The notes under the pieces were generated by a model. It was not told the DNA's origin, searched no databases, and was given only the letters and a program-made list of their open reading frames with translations. A stretch of DNA of 64,000 nt from an uncultured Pseudomonadota bacterium (GTDB lineage Bacteria > Pseudomonadota > Alphaproteobacteria > Rs-D84). The position numbers and the translations under genes were made by a program. The stretch is taken from positions 30,810-94,809 of the forward strand of contig CACZUD010000001.1 in the NCBI GenBank assembly GCA_902784345.1, given 5' to 3'. Shown one piece after another: positions 10,167 through 19,123 of the stretch (position 1 is the first letter of the stretch; each line of letters opens with the position of its first letter).

Positions 10167-11081
10167 TCAATTCACAGACCAAAAATCTTTTATAATTTTT
10201 TTAAGTTCCGTTGCATCTGTAATTTGATTAACCTTTATGCGAAACTGCGCAGAATTTGGCATTCCTGCCGAATACCATGCCGCGTGTTTTCGAAACATTG
10301 GAACCCCTGCTTTTTCGCCGTAATAATCCAATATCAATTCCAAATGTTCCAATGCAACAACACCGACATTATCCGGCTTTTCAGATGTGCTACAAAATTC
10401 ACCAACAACCCAAGGTTGCCCCAACAACGCACGTCCTATCATCGCACCATCATAGCCCATTTTTTGAACACGTTCCATATCATCTATAGTTTTCAAATCG
10501 CCATTCGCAATAATAGGTATCGGCAAAATTGGCTTTGGTGGCAAATCAGAATTTCCAGCATAACCCTGCGCGCGTGTCCGCCCGTGAACAGTTGCAAATG
10601 CCGCCCCAGAAAGCGCGGCAACACGTACCAAATCTTGCCAATCTTTATGTGCTTCATCCCACCCCAGACGTGTTTTTATTGAAACCGGAATTTGAACAGA
10701 TTTTGCACAACTTTCTATTATCTTGCCTGCTAAAACATGATCGCGCATTAAAAAAGCGCCCGCGCCCGCTCGGGTTGCAACTTTTGGCACAGGGCATCCC
10801 ATATTTATATCAATCCATTTTGCACCCGCATCTTTTAAAATCTTGGCGGCTTCACCCATTAAAACGGGATCTGCACCAAATATTTGTGCACCAATATCGC
10901 CTTCGTCTTCATATGTATCAAAATTACGAATACAGTTTTTATGTCCACCAACCAGCGAATGACAAGATATCATTTCTGTTACGATAGACACGTCCGGTGC
11001 GAACTTTCGCAGAATCTTTCGAAACGGTTTATCTGTTATTCCTGCAAGTGGCGCAGTAAAAATTTGATTATTATTAAACAT
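10167..11081 (-). CDS. dus: tRNA-dihydrouridine synthase (DusB/NifR3 family)
   Basis: FTAPLAGITDKPFRKILRKF...IDINMGCPVPKV...VHGRTRAQGY are present. The start is uncertain: 11081 (MFNNN) or 11102. Confidence 0.85.
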   Translation of the reverse strand: MFNNNQIFTAPLAGITDKPFRKILRKFAPDVSIVTEMISCHSLVGGHKNCIRNFDTYEDEGDIGAQIFGADPVLMGEAAKILKDAGAKWIDINMGCPVPKVATRAGAGAFLMRDHVLAGKIIESCAKSVQIPVSIKTRLGWDEAHKDWQDLVRVAALSGAAFATVHGRTRAQGYAGNSDLPPKPILPIPIIANGDLKTIDDMERVQKMGYDGAMIGRALLGQPWVVGEFCSTSEKPDNVGVVALEHLELILDYYGEKAGVPMFRKHAAWYSAGMPNSAQFRIKVNQITDATELKKIIKDFWSVN

Positions 11082-11100
11082 TTGTGATATAATAGACGAC

Positions 11101-11433
11101 ATGAAGGAAAAAATCAAAAATTTCTTTGCCTTTGTTAAAAGTGCATGGGTGGCTGGTCCGCGCGGCAGATGGGGCATTTTGTTTATGCTTTTGTCCGTTT
11201 TCTTCTTTATAAGATTATTTCTTGGCACCCAAAATATTCAAGGTTTTATAATAAACGCATGGAATTTGAATCACGAACGCACCGAATTGGCGACGGCACA
11301 AAAACAATTACAACAAATTCAACATCATATTTATTTATTACAACACCCAAATTCTTCATCTGATTATATCCAAGAACTCGGATTACAGACATTGAATTTG
11401 GGCGACAGTGATTTCAAAGAATTAAAATATTAA
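11101..11433 (+). CDS. Possible FtsB/DivIC-like septum formation initiator
   Basis: 110 aa with an N-terminal TM, a coiled-coil stretch (ELATAQKQLQQIQHHIYLLQ), and then DYIQELGLQTLNLGDSDFKEL, which resembles the FtsB C-terminus. This is only a weak by-eye match. Confidence 0.45.
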   Translation: MKEKIKNFFAFVKSAWVAGPRGRWGILFMLLSVFFFIRLFLGTQNIQGFIINAWNLNHERTELATAQKQLQQIQHHIYLLQHPNSSSDYIQELGLQTLNLGDSDFKELKY

Positions 11434-11909
11434 TTCAAATAAATTATCATTCCGTTTAAATAGAAAGCGAACATCAACCAAACTATATATGGTATCGTTA
11501 ACCAACATGCTGACGGAGTAATTTTGAAAAATGCGCGCGCCATAAATATTGCTGTAACTATCAATGCGGTTAATATTATCAGTGCAACTTCTGGCAACTG
11601 GGCACCAAAGAACGCAAAAGACCATAACGCGTTAAATATTATATTGATTGCAAATAAGATATAGGCGTTTGCTTTGTTGTATCCTTGATTTGTATTACTT
11701 TTTTGCATAACTAAAAATAATGCTATACCTATCAAAAAATAAAGTATGGTCCACACGAAAGAAAACACCCAACCCGCTGGTGTCAACGCAGAATGATTAA
11801 GAGTGTTATACCATGCATTTTGCCCGCTGCTGATTGGTGCCACAAAAAGCCCCACTATTCCCGGCAAAAAAGATAAAAACATGGCATATACAAATTTTAA
11901 AAAAATCAT
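11430..11909 (-). CDS. tspO: TspO/MBR family tryptophan-rich sensory protein
   Basis: WYNTLNHSALTPAGWVFSFVWTILYFLIGIALF, five hydrophobic helices and high Trp content. Confidence 0.8.
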   Translation of the reverse strand: MIFLKFVYAMFLSFLPGIVGLFVAPISSGQNAWYNTLNHSALTPAGWVFSFVWTILYFLIGIALFLVMQKSNTNQGYNKANAYILFAINIIFNALWSFAFFGAQLPEVALIILTALIVTAIFMARAFFKITPSACWLTIPYIVWLMFAFYLNGMIIYLN

Positions 11910-12057
11910 TTTTTTCTCCTTATGTTCTGTGAAAATTATAACACCAATAAAAAAGCAGACCTATTTGAAAGATTTCTTAGGAAAACAGTAAAAAATATGA
12001 TATACTTATGCTAAGTTGAAAGAATCGTGGCATGCGGTTTATTTCACACTTGTCTAT

Positions 12058-12087
12058 AAAAAAGCCGTCTTTCGACGGTTTTTTTAG
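12058..12087 (-). terminator. Intrinsic terminator downstream of comM
   Basis: AAAAAAGCCGTC-TTTC-GACGGTTTTTTT hairpin abutting the comM stop. Confidence 0.6.
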
Positions 12088-13593
12088 TGCTTTACACCAT
12101 ATTTACCACGATTTATCGGACGATAAGATAACGCTTCTGCTAAATCGGACATAATAATATTATCATCACCACGCAAATCTGCAATCGTTCGTGCAATACG
12201 TTTTATACGATTATATCCACGCGCTGACATACCCATCTTTTCAGCGGCAGTATTTAAAAAATTTGTTAATTCATCGTTCAAGACAACATATTTATCCATA
12301 TCTGCCCCATCCAAAAGTGCATTGACATAACCTTGACGTGCAATTTGACGATTACGGGCAGCAACAACACGTTCACGCACAGTTGCGCTGGATTCAACCG
12401 GCAAATTATTTGTATTATTCATTTCCCATGGATTAACCGCATCGACATCTACATGCAAATCGATTCGGTCCAGCAATGGTCCAGATATTTTATTTTGATA
12501 TGCTTCTGCGCAACGTGGCGCACGCGAACAAGAAAGCGCGGCATTTCCCAAATGTCCACACGGGCAAGGATTCATCGCCGCAATCAATTGGAAATGCGCA
12601 GGATAAGTCGCGTTGCGTTTCGCACGCGAAATAACTATTTTTCCTGATTCCATTGGCTGACGCAATATTTCCAATGTGGTTCGATTAAATTCTGGCAATT
12701 CGTCCAAGAACAAAACCCCATTATGTGCCAAAGATATTTCACCAGGACGCGCGTCACTGCCACCACCAGCAAGTGCGACCGCACTGGCGGTATGATGAAC
12801 ACTGCGGAAAGGACGATTAGAATCTCCAGCGAGTCCCTTAACTGCGTTAACATGCGCAATTTGCTGTCAGGCAGAAACCCGGGCAACACACGGCTCGCAT
12901 GAATCGCGAAGCCAACATTGTTTTACCAGACCCCGGGGGACCAACCATCAACATCGCATGTCCGCCCGCCGCTGCAATTTCCAACGCACGTTTTGCAGAT
13001 TCTTGACCGCGCACTTCTGACAAATCACCGATTTTATCATTATCAATTACAGGTTTTTCGATTTGTGGCAACGGCAAAACTTGTGCGCCTTTGAAATGAT
13101 TTATTAAATCAAGAACATGATTTGGTGCCAAAATATTTGTGTGCCCTGCCCAACGTGCTTCGGAACCCTGAACGCCCGGACATATTATCCCAAGTCCATT
13201 TTTATTTGCCCAAACACTTGCCGCCAATACACCATCAGTGCGAACAACCGCACCATCCAGACCTATTTCACCAATAATCAAATATTTAGAAATTTCATTT
13301 TCAGGCAAAATATCCATTGCACATAATATTCCGCACAATATCGGCAAATCAAAATGCGAACCGCTTTTTTCGATATCCGCGGGGGACAAATTCACTGTTA
13401 ACTTTTTAGCCGGCAACGACAGATTCAATGCAGCCAGCGCATTACGAATTCTTTCTGCTGATTCTTTAACTGCACGATCAGCCAAACCAATTATATTAAA
13501 TTCAGGTTTTGCGAATCCGGCAGACAACTGAATTTGAACATCTATCTTTGTGATGTCCATACCATTAAAAATAATTGAACTTAAATTTATCAT
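12084..13593 (-). pseudogene. comM: Mg-chelatase-like ATPase ComM/YifB, disrupted by frame changes
   Basis: The N-terminal part (12847..13593) ends ...[15 protein letters not shown] and then hits a stop. LPGFLPD lies in a second frame. A third frame is open from ~12866 to 12084 and reads [60 protein letters not shown]... That implies at least two frame changes within ~12865-12905. Confidence 0.8.
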
Positions 13594-13664
13594 AAGGCTA
13601 TATTAAAACTTGCACACATGCTTTTCAAGGTATAAAATGGCTTTGATAAAAAAAGGATAAAAAG

Positions 13665-14549
13665 ATGTCAGCAAAAAATAAAAACGCTGCGCGCGAATGG
13701 TTCGACACTATTTTTTATGGTGGTCTGATTGCGATTATTTTCCGCAGTTTTTTACTGGAACCATTTAATATTCCATCTGGTTCGATGATACCATCATTAC
13801 ATGTTGGCGATCATATTTTTATAACAAAATGGTCTTATGGATATTCTCGTTATTCGTTCCCATTTGGGTCTTGGAATTTATGGAACGGTCGTTTTTGGGC
13901 CGCCAAAGAACCAAGTGTTGGCGACATTGTTGTTTTTCGTAAACCAAATGCAAATGTGGAATACGTAAAAAGACTGATTGGAACCCCCGGCGACACAATA
14001 CAAATGAAAAAAGGTCGTTTATATATAAATGGAAAAATAGTTGAAAGAAAAGACCCGCGTCCATATATAATTGCTAATTTACCAAAATCTATGCGCAGTG
14101 TTGGATTCTATCAAGAAACAATGTCTATCAAGGGCAACAAGATATGGATAGATAATAAACCTGCCCCGTTTAATTACACTATTGAATATAAATCAGACCG
14201 CTTGTGTCAATCTTCGCCGTATGAATGTGGCGTATTTAAAGCAACAGAATACACAGAAGTTTTACCAAACGGGGTTGAACACAGCATTATAGAAATGACA
14301 GATGATGCGCCATTAGACGACACAGAAATTTTCACTGTTCCTGAAAAACATTTGTTCTTTATGGGCGACAACCGCGATAACAGTGCAGATTCACGAACCG
14401 AAGCAGTATCTTACGTTTCTCGCAACAATGTTTTGGGACCGGTTTGGTTTATATGGTATTCACATAATTATTATGCGCCAATGTTGGCAGTATGGAATTG
14501 GGGCAACAAAATTCGTTGGGACAGAATCGGTATGGGGAAAAGACAATAA
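13665..14549 (+). CDS. lepB: Signal peptidase I
   Basis: Motifs GSMIPSL, YVKRLIGTPGDTI and FFMGDNRDNSADSR are present. AAGGA lies upstream of the ATG. Confidence 0.92.
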   Translation: MSAKNKNAAREWFDTIFYGGLIAIIFRSFLLEPFNIPSGSMIPSLHVGDHIFITKWSYGYSRYSFPFGSWNLWNGRFWAAKEPSVGDIVVFRKPNANVEYVKRLIGTPGDTIQMKKGRLYINGKIVERKDPRPYIIANLPKSMRSVGFYQETMSIKGNKIWIDNKPAPFNYTIEYKSDRLCQSSPYECGVFKATEYTEVLPNGVEHSIIEMTDDAPLDDTEIFTVPEKHLFFMGDNRDNSADSRTEAVSYVSRNNVLGPVWFIWYSHNYYAPMLAVWNWGNKIRWDRIGMGKRQ

Positions 14550-15178
14550 TGAAATTAGATTATAAATTTAAAGATATCGAATTATTAAATCTTGCCCTGA
14601 CACAAAGTGGCATAGATTCAAAACATAACAACGAAAGATTGGAATTCATTGGCGACAGGGTACTGGGACTGTCTGTGGCGGCAATGTTGTATGAAATGTA
14701 TCCCGAAGAGCCAGAAGGCAACCTTGCCCGACGTCATGCATTTCTGGTATCAACAGACACTTTAGCTCACGTTGCAAAAACGATTGAATTAGAACAACAC
14801 TTGCGTCATGGACATATGACAGGTGGCAAAACTAATCATATTTTGGCGAATGCAATGGAAGCGGTCTTGGGCGCAATCTTTCTTGATTCAGGATTTGAAA
14901 CCGCGTGCAAAATTATTACTGATATATGGCACGATTTAGCATCTGCTGAAATTGTAGCTCCAAAAGACGCAAAAACAGCCCTGCAAGAATTTGTCCAAAA
15001 AAATGGACATGGCGATTTACCAGTATATGAATACAACGAACCAACAGGTCTGTCACACAATCCAGAATTCACCGCAACTGTAACTGCACTGGGCAAATCT
15101 GCGACCGGCGTTGGCGCTTCTAAAAAATTGGCCAGTTTAAATGCCGCGGAAAATTTACTAAAAATCCTTGCAATTTAA
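14549..15178 (+). CDS. rnc: Ribonuclease III
   Basis: NERLEFIGDRVLGL and a C-terminal dsRBD are present. The start ATG overlaps the lepB stop (TAATG). Confidence 0.92.
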   Translation: MKLDYKFKDIELLNLALTQSGIDSKHNNERLEFIGDRVLGLSVAAMLYEMYPEEPEGNLARRHAFLVSTDTLAHVAKTIELEQHLRHGHMTGGKTNHILANAMEAVLGAIFLDSGFETACKIITDIWHDLASAEIVAPKDAKTALQEFVQKNGHGDLPVYEYNEPTGLSHNPEFTATVTALGKSATGVGASKKLASLNAAENLLKILAI

Positions 15179-15219
15179 GCATGTGCTTACTACAATCAAA
15201 AAAAACAAAAGGACAAAAA

Positions 15220-15579
15220 ATGTTTTCAGTTTTATTGGTTTTATTAGTTGTTGTCGCAATTTTGATGACGGGGTTAATTTTATTACAAAAATCTGAAGGT
15301 TCTGGCATGTCTGGTTCTTCAGCGGCATCAATGTTTGGTGGCGCATTGACAGGGTCTGCGGCTGGTAATTTTTTGACAAAGACAACCGCGATTTTGGCGA
15401 CGATATTTTTCATACTGTGCGCCCTGCTTTCATTGGTTGTTGCAAAAACAGATGTTTCTGGGACACGTCAATCTGGCCTGCGTAATGAACTTGCAAACGA
15501 ACAAGCAGCACCAGCAGAAACAGAACAACCTGCACCGGCAGCGACAGAATCAGAACCAGTCAGTGTTGATAAAAAATAA
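15220..15579 (+). CDS. secG: Preprotein translocase subunit SecG
   Basis: MFSVLLVLLVVVAILMTGLILLQKSEGSGMSG is typical of SecG. I set the start at the internal ATG, preceded by AAAAGGA. Confidence 0.85.
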   Translation: MFSVLLVLLVVVAILMTGLILLQKSEGSGMSGSSAASMFGGALTGSAAGNFLTKTTAILATIFFILCALLSLVVAKTDVSGTRQSGLRNELANEQAAPAETEQPAPAATESEPVSVDKK

Positions 15580-15589
15580 AAGAACAGTA

Positions 15590-15621
15590 AAAAACACCGC
15601 CAAAACGGCGGTATTTTTTTA
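15590..15621. terminator. Bidirectional intrinsic terminator
   Basis: ACCGCC-AAAAC-GGCGGT hairpin followed by a T-run, between convergent genes. Confidence 0.7.
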
Positions 15622-15628
15622 TCGATTA

Positions 15629-15871
15629 TTATTTCTTACGTTTAGCTGGTTTTTTAGCGGCAGGTTTCGCTGGCGCATTTGGAATCTTTTTGTATTCGCC
15701 ATACAAAGATGCAATACATACATAAACAACCAGTGCGGACAATGCTGTTAATACACCGCCAATCAAATCACCGTTTGTAAAATACAAAAACAATATCAAA
15801 CCGAACACTAAAACCACAGTATATGCGATATTAGCAACCAAGACTTTTTTCAATTTTTCAAAGAAATTCAT
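15629..15871 (-). CDS. Small two-TM membrane protein with a Lys/Ala/Pro-rich tail
   Basis: 80-aa ORF with two hydrophobic helices and a PAKPAAKKPAKRKK tail. Confidence 0.45.
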   Translation of the reverse strand: MNFFEKLKKVLVANIAYTVVLVFGLILFLYFTNGDLIGGVLTALSALVVYVCIASLYGEYKKIPNAPAKPAAKKPAKRKK

Positions 15872-15981
15872 ATTTTCCCCCTTTGTTATATGCTTATTAT
15901 ATCACAAAAACAAATTGAATAAATAAAAAAGTGTCGCGAAAAATTTTCGCGACACATATGAACAACAAAAAAACTAAAGTA

Positions 15982-16740
15982 TTACAAAATTATTTGACCG
16001 TTAATCTTTGTTCCTTCTGGGAAAGGTCCAAAAGAAGATTCACGATTAACATACACATTTCCATTGACTTTGATTTTGCCACAGAAATTCAATTTTTGAA
16101 CATTACGAATAAACAAATGTCCGTTTATTTTTACATCGCATGGAATTGTATATTTATTCATATTTTGAATGAACAAGTTACCATCAATTCTTGCACCATT
16201 TGATAACACAGGGCTGTTTGGTGCGCGTTCAACAATAACATCTCCGCCTAAAACTTGTTGTGGTAATTCGTCTGCAGGTGTTGCCAATTCCGCAACAACT
16301 TCTGGTTTTTTAACACCAACTGTTTTGATTTGCACTTTTGTATTCGCAGGTTGAGCTTCTGATTTAACAGGCAAGACAGTTACATTACTATATTTACGTT
16401 TAACAACACGACGATTTTGCGAATCGTTTACTTTTACAACTTGTGTTGTTGCGTCATTTGATACGATTTTATTGCTTGCGCTCTTGTTGCAACAAACAAA
16501 ATCAGAAATCAAAGACAAAAACAGAACAATTATCGCGACCAACAAAGTCAAGTTAATCATCCCAACGATATCAATAGATTTCAACCAATTCCAAATTGCG
16601 CGACAAACACGACAGATTAAACGCCACAACCATTTGATTGCGCGAATCGGGAACAAGATAATTTTCTTGCACCACATCTTAAAATTATCCCAACGCGTTT
16701 TACGCACTGCTTTTTTCATTTTTTTTGTTTTGCTATTCAT
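15982..16740 (-). CDS. Membrane-anchored protein with C-terminal beta-solenoid-like repeats
   Basis: It has a basic N-terminus, one TM (INLTLLVAIIVLFLSLI), and repeated [IV][ND]G-x-[LV][FY][IV] units (IDGNLFIQN, INGHLFIRN, VNGNVYVNR, INGQIIL). Confidence 0.55.
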   Translation of the reverse strand: MNSKTKKMKKAVRKTRWDNFKMWCKKIILFPIRAIKWLWRLICRVCRAIWNWLKSIDIVGMINLTLLVAIIVLFLSLISDFVCCNKSASNKIVSNDATTQVVKVNDSQNRRVVKRKYSNVTVLPVKSEAQPANTKVQIKTVGVKKPEVVAELATPADELPQQVLGGDVIVERAPNSPVLSNGARIDGNLFIQNMNKYTIPCDVKINGHLFIRNVQKLNFCGKIKVNGNVYVNRESSFGPFPEGTKINGQIIL

Positions 16741-16754
16741 TTTTTGTCCTTTTT

Positions 16755-17207
16755 TTATCTGACTTTTTGTTCAACTGGAAGTCCAGAATTGGATGTTTCT
16801 ATAACTTTGGTTGCTTTGTACTGTTTCAACACAGCAGATTGAAAAATTCTTTCTGAAGCAAGTACGTTACAGCAACATGATACAAAAACACTATAACAAA
16901 TCTCAGGTACAGGGGAACCATAAAGAGCCACCCACTTTCCAACACTGCCATCGCAGAATTTTGCACGACACCAAGAATTTAAACCTTTTCCGGATGGATT
17001 TCCTAGCTGCGCATACTGACCTCTGGATTCAAACAGACCGATATGCAATTCTTCAACATACGGATATACCTTTTTTATGTTAGCAAAATCTTTTTGTGCA
17101 TTACCAATACCAATCATTTTAGTTCCATTGTAATAAGTAACGGGGGTCCCGCCCACTAAAACACCTTTTTCGTTCACTGTGACATATTCTGTATTTTCTG
17201 TCATCAT
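16755..17207 (-). CDS. Hypothetical protein
   Basis: I set the start at MMTENTEYV, preceded by GAGGTGG. The longer track ORF would read through the tRNA-Arg fragment. Confidence 0.5.
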   Translation of the reverse strand: MMTENTEYVTVNEKGVLVGGTPVTYYNGTKMIGIGNAQKDFANIKKVYPYVEELHIGLFESRGQYAQLGNPSGKGLNSWCRAKFCDGSVGKWVALYGSPVPEICYSVFVSCCCNVLASERIFQSAVLKQYKATKVIETSNSGLPVEQKVR

Positions 17208-17282
17208 GACCACCTCTTCTGTTTTACTTATTACGAGTATAGACAATATTTTTTGTTTGTCAAGTATTTTGCAAAAAAAATA

Positions 17283-17300
17283 AAAAACCAACACTTCGGT
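17283..17300 (-). terminator. Hairpin plus T-run after the displaced tRNA-Arg fragment
   Basis: In tRNA sense: AACCGAC-CGAAGT-GTTGGTT followed by TTTTTATTTTTTTT. Confidence 0.5.
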
Positions 17301-17416
17301 CGGTTTAAATTTTGTGGCGCGCCCAGCAGGACTGGCTCGACATAAATGTCTACGCCGCATTCGTCAGCACTCAAACTTCGTTAACACTCGTTTTCGTGCA
17401 CTCATTGTCGAACCTG
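17301..17416 (-). repeat. Displaced partial copy of the tRNA-Arg 3' half, interrupted in the T loop by a 74-nt insert
   Basis: 17301..17333 is a 33/33 identical copy of 17487..17519 (the last 19 nt of the tRNA including CCA, plus 14 nt of flank). 17408..17416 repeats the T-stem 5' strand and T loop, CAGGTTCGA. The 74 nt in between have no counterpart in the tRNA. Confidence 0.85.
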
Positions 17417-17467
17417 TCGTTGCTTTGCAACTATGGTCGGTTCTCGTCTCGTGGTTGCACCAGACAA

Positions 17468-17500
17468 AATTAAAACCGGCAAAAGCCGGTTTAAATTTTG
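17468..17500 (-). terminator. Intrinsic terminator of tRNA-Arg
   Basis: In tRNA sense: ACCGGC-TTTT-GCCGGT followed by TTTAATTTT. Confidence 0.6.
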
Positions 17501-17577
17501 TGGCGCGCCCAGCAGGACTCGAACCTGCAACCCACAGATTAGAAATCTGTTGCTCTATCCAATTGAGCCATGGGCGC
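17501..17577 (-). tRNA. tRNA-Arg (anticodon TCT)
   Basis: A hand-folded 77-nt cloverleaf: acceptor GCGCCCA/TGGGCGC, anticodon arm ACAGA-TTTCTAA-TCTGT, T arm GCAGG-TTCGAGT-CCTGC, with encoded CCA. Confidence 0.9.
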
Positions 17578-17594
17578 ATGCTGTGGATTCTAAC

Positions 17595-18809
17595 CTATTT
17601 TATATTTACTTTCAAGAAAACTTTTTTGCCACGCTGAACCATAATTGATTCTTTTGGTGCAACAATATATTCTTTGTCAGAAATCTTTTCGCCGTCGATT
17701 TGGATACCACCCTGTTCCACCATACGACGAGCTTCGGATTTAGAATCAAACAACTTTATTGCGACCAAGAAATCGATTATGCCCATTGACGTACTCATTT
17801 TAAAATCAATACTCGGTACATTTGCACTGTTTACACCACCACCGAAAAGAGCCGCCGCTGCATCTTGTGCCTCCTTGGCTGCCGCTGTTCCATGTGCGAT
17901 TTCTGTTGCTGCAAACGCCAAACGTTTTTTTACTTCGTTTAATTCTGCACCTTGTTTTTTAGATAATTCAGCAATTTCTTCCAATGGAATTTCAGTGAAT
18001 ATCTTCAAGAATTTTTCCACCAAATCGTCTGGAGTATTGCGGAAATACTGATAGTATTCATAAGGCGATGTTTTATCTTCGTTCACCCAAACCGCATTTC
18101 CTGCGGACTTTCCAATTTTATTTCCGTTTGAATCAGTGATAAGTGCCGTTGATAACACATAAACTTCCTTGCCACATTTTTTGCGCACCAATTCAACACC
18201 CATAATAGAGTTGCCCCATTGGTCTGCACCACAAAGTTGCAATACACAATTATGTTCTTTGTAAAGGGTCAAGAAATCAACCGCTTGGAAAGTCATATAG
18301 TTAAATTCCAAAAACGTCATACCATTTTCCAAACGCTTTTTCACACTTTCCATAGACAACATACGCGGCACAGTAAAATCCATACCGTATTGTGCCAAGA
18401 AATCCAAATGTGAATAGCCTTTCATCCAATCATAGTTATCGACCATAATTGCATCATTTTTCGCATCACCAAATTTGAAAAACTTTGAAAAAGATTTTTT
18501 AAGGCCTGCTATATTTTTTGCCAAAACTTCTTCGGTCATAATTGGACGACCGGAATCACGACCACTTGGGTCGCCTATTCTGCCGGTTGCGCCACCCACC
18601 AAAGCGATTGGTTTATGTCCATACTTTTGCAACCAACGCATCATCATAACCGGCACCAAATGTCCAACATGCAAAGAATCCGCCGTCGGATCAGACCCCA
18701 GATAGACAACTATTTTATCATTATTCAGCAAATCTTTCACAGCATCCATATTTGAACACTGATTGATAAATCCGCGTTGTTCCAATTCTTCGAATAAAGT
18801 CTTTGTCAT
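17595..18809 (-). CDS. tyrS: Tyrosyl-tRNA synthetase
   Basis: HVGHL (HIGH) and KIGKSAG (KMSKS-like) motifs plus a C-terminal S4-like domain. Confidence 0.95.
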   Translation of the reverse strand: MTKTLFEELEQRGFINQCSNMDAVKDLLNNDKIVVYLGSDPTADSLHVGHLVPVMMMRWLQKYGHKPIALVGGATGRIGDPSGRDSGRPIMTEEVLAKNIAGLKKSFSKFFKFGDAKNDAIMVDNYDWMKGYSHLDFLAQYGMDFTVPRMLSMESVKKRLENGMTFLEFNYMTFQAVDFLTLYKEHNCVLQLCGADQWGNSIMGVELVRKKCGKEVYVLSTALITDSNGNKIGKSAGNAVWVNEDKTSPYEYYQYFRNTPDDLVEKFLKIFTEIPLEEIAELSKKQGAELNEVKKRLAFAATEIAHGTAAAKEAQDAAAALFGGGVNSANVPSIDFKMSTSMGIIDFLVAIKLFDSKSEARRMVEQGGIQIDGEKISDKEYIVAPKESIMVQRGKKVFLKVNIK

Positions 18810-18814
18810 TTTTA

Positions 18815-19015
18815 TTACCTGTGTTTACATCTGTTTCTAAACGTTGTTCCAAAAGGGTTTAATGTCAGAAAGCCATTTAAAAAAGCATCCGTTGAATTTA
18901 CATGTGGAATTTCACAGCGTCTCTGTAAAAAAACCGACCGCATATCCCCCAAAGCCAGTCGCATAGCATCACCGACCTTTTTCCAATCTTGTGCAATTGC
19001 TTCTTTTTCGGTCAT
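18815..19015 (-). CDS. Small hypothetical ORF upstream of tyrS
   Basis: 66 codons, with AAGGGG 8 nt upstream of the ATG. No recognisable family. It could instead be leader sequence. Confidence 0.3.
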   Translation of the reverse strand: MTEKEAIAQDWKKVGDAMRLALGDMRSVFLQRRCEIPHVNSTDAFLNGFLTLNPFGTTFRNRCKHR

Positions 19016-19123
19016 AATCTACCCCTTTTTAAAGGATAATAACATTTTTGTTCTGTGGTTTCAACCAAACAATAAAAAAACCGAGGCCTTGGCCCCAGTT
19101 TTTTTATTTATGAACATTGGTTA

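Noticed and set aside
12635-12889. 84-aa ORF between the two comM halves
   Set aside because: It is not an independent gene. It is the third frame of the disrupted comM and carries only the short LPGFLPD-encoding segment.
17314-17648. ORFs overlapping tRNA-Arg, and the N-terminal extension of 16755..17360
   Set aside because: They read through a tRNA gene and its duplicated fragment. The internal start at 17207 with a GAGGTGG site is far more plausible.
19075-19105. A-run/T-run flanked GC segment downstream of tsf, considered as a terminator
   Set aside because: The GC core (CCGAGGCCTTGGCCCCAG) does not form a convincing stem with a viable loop in my hand fold.
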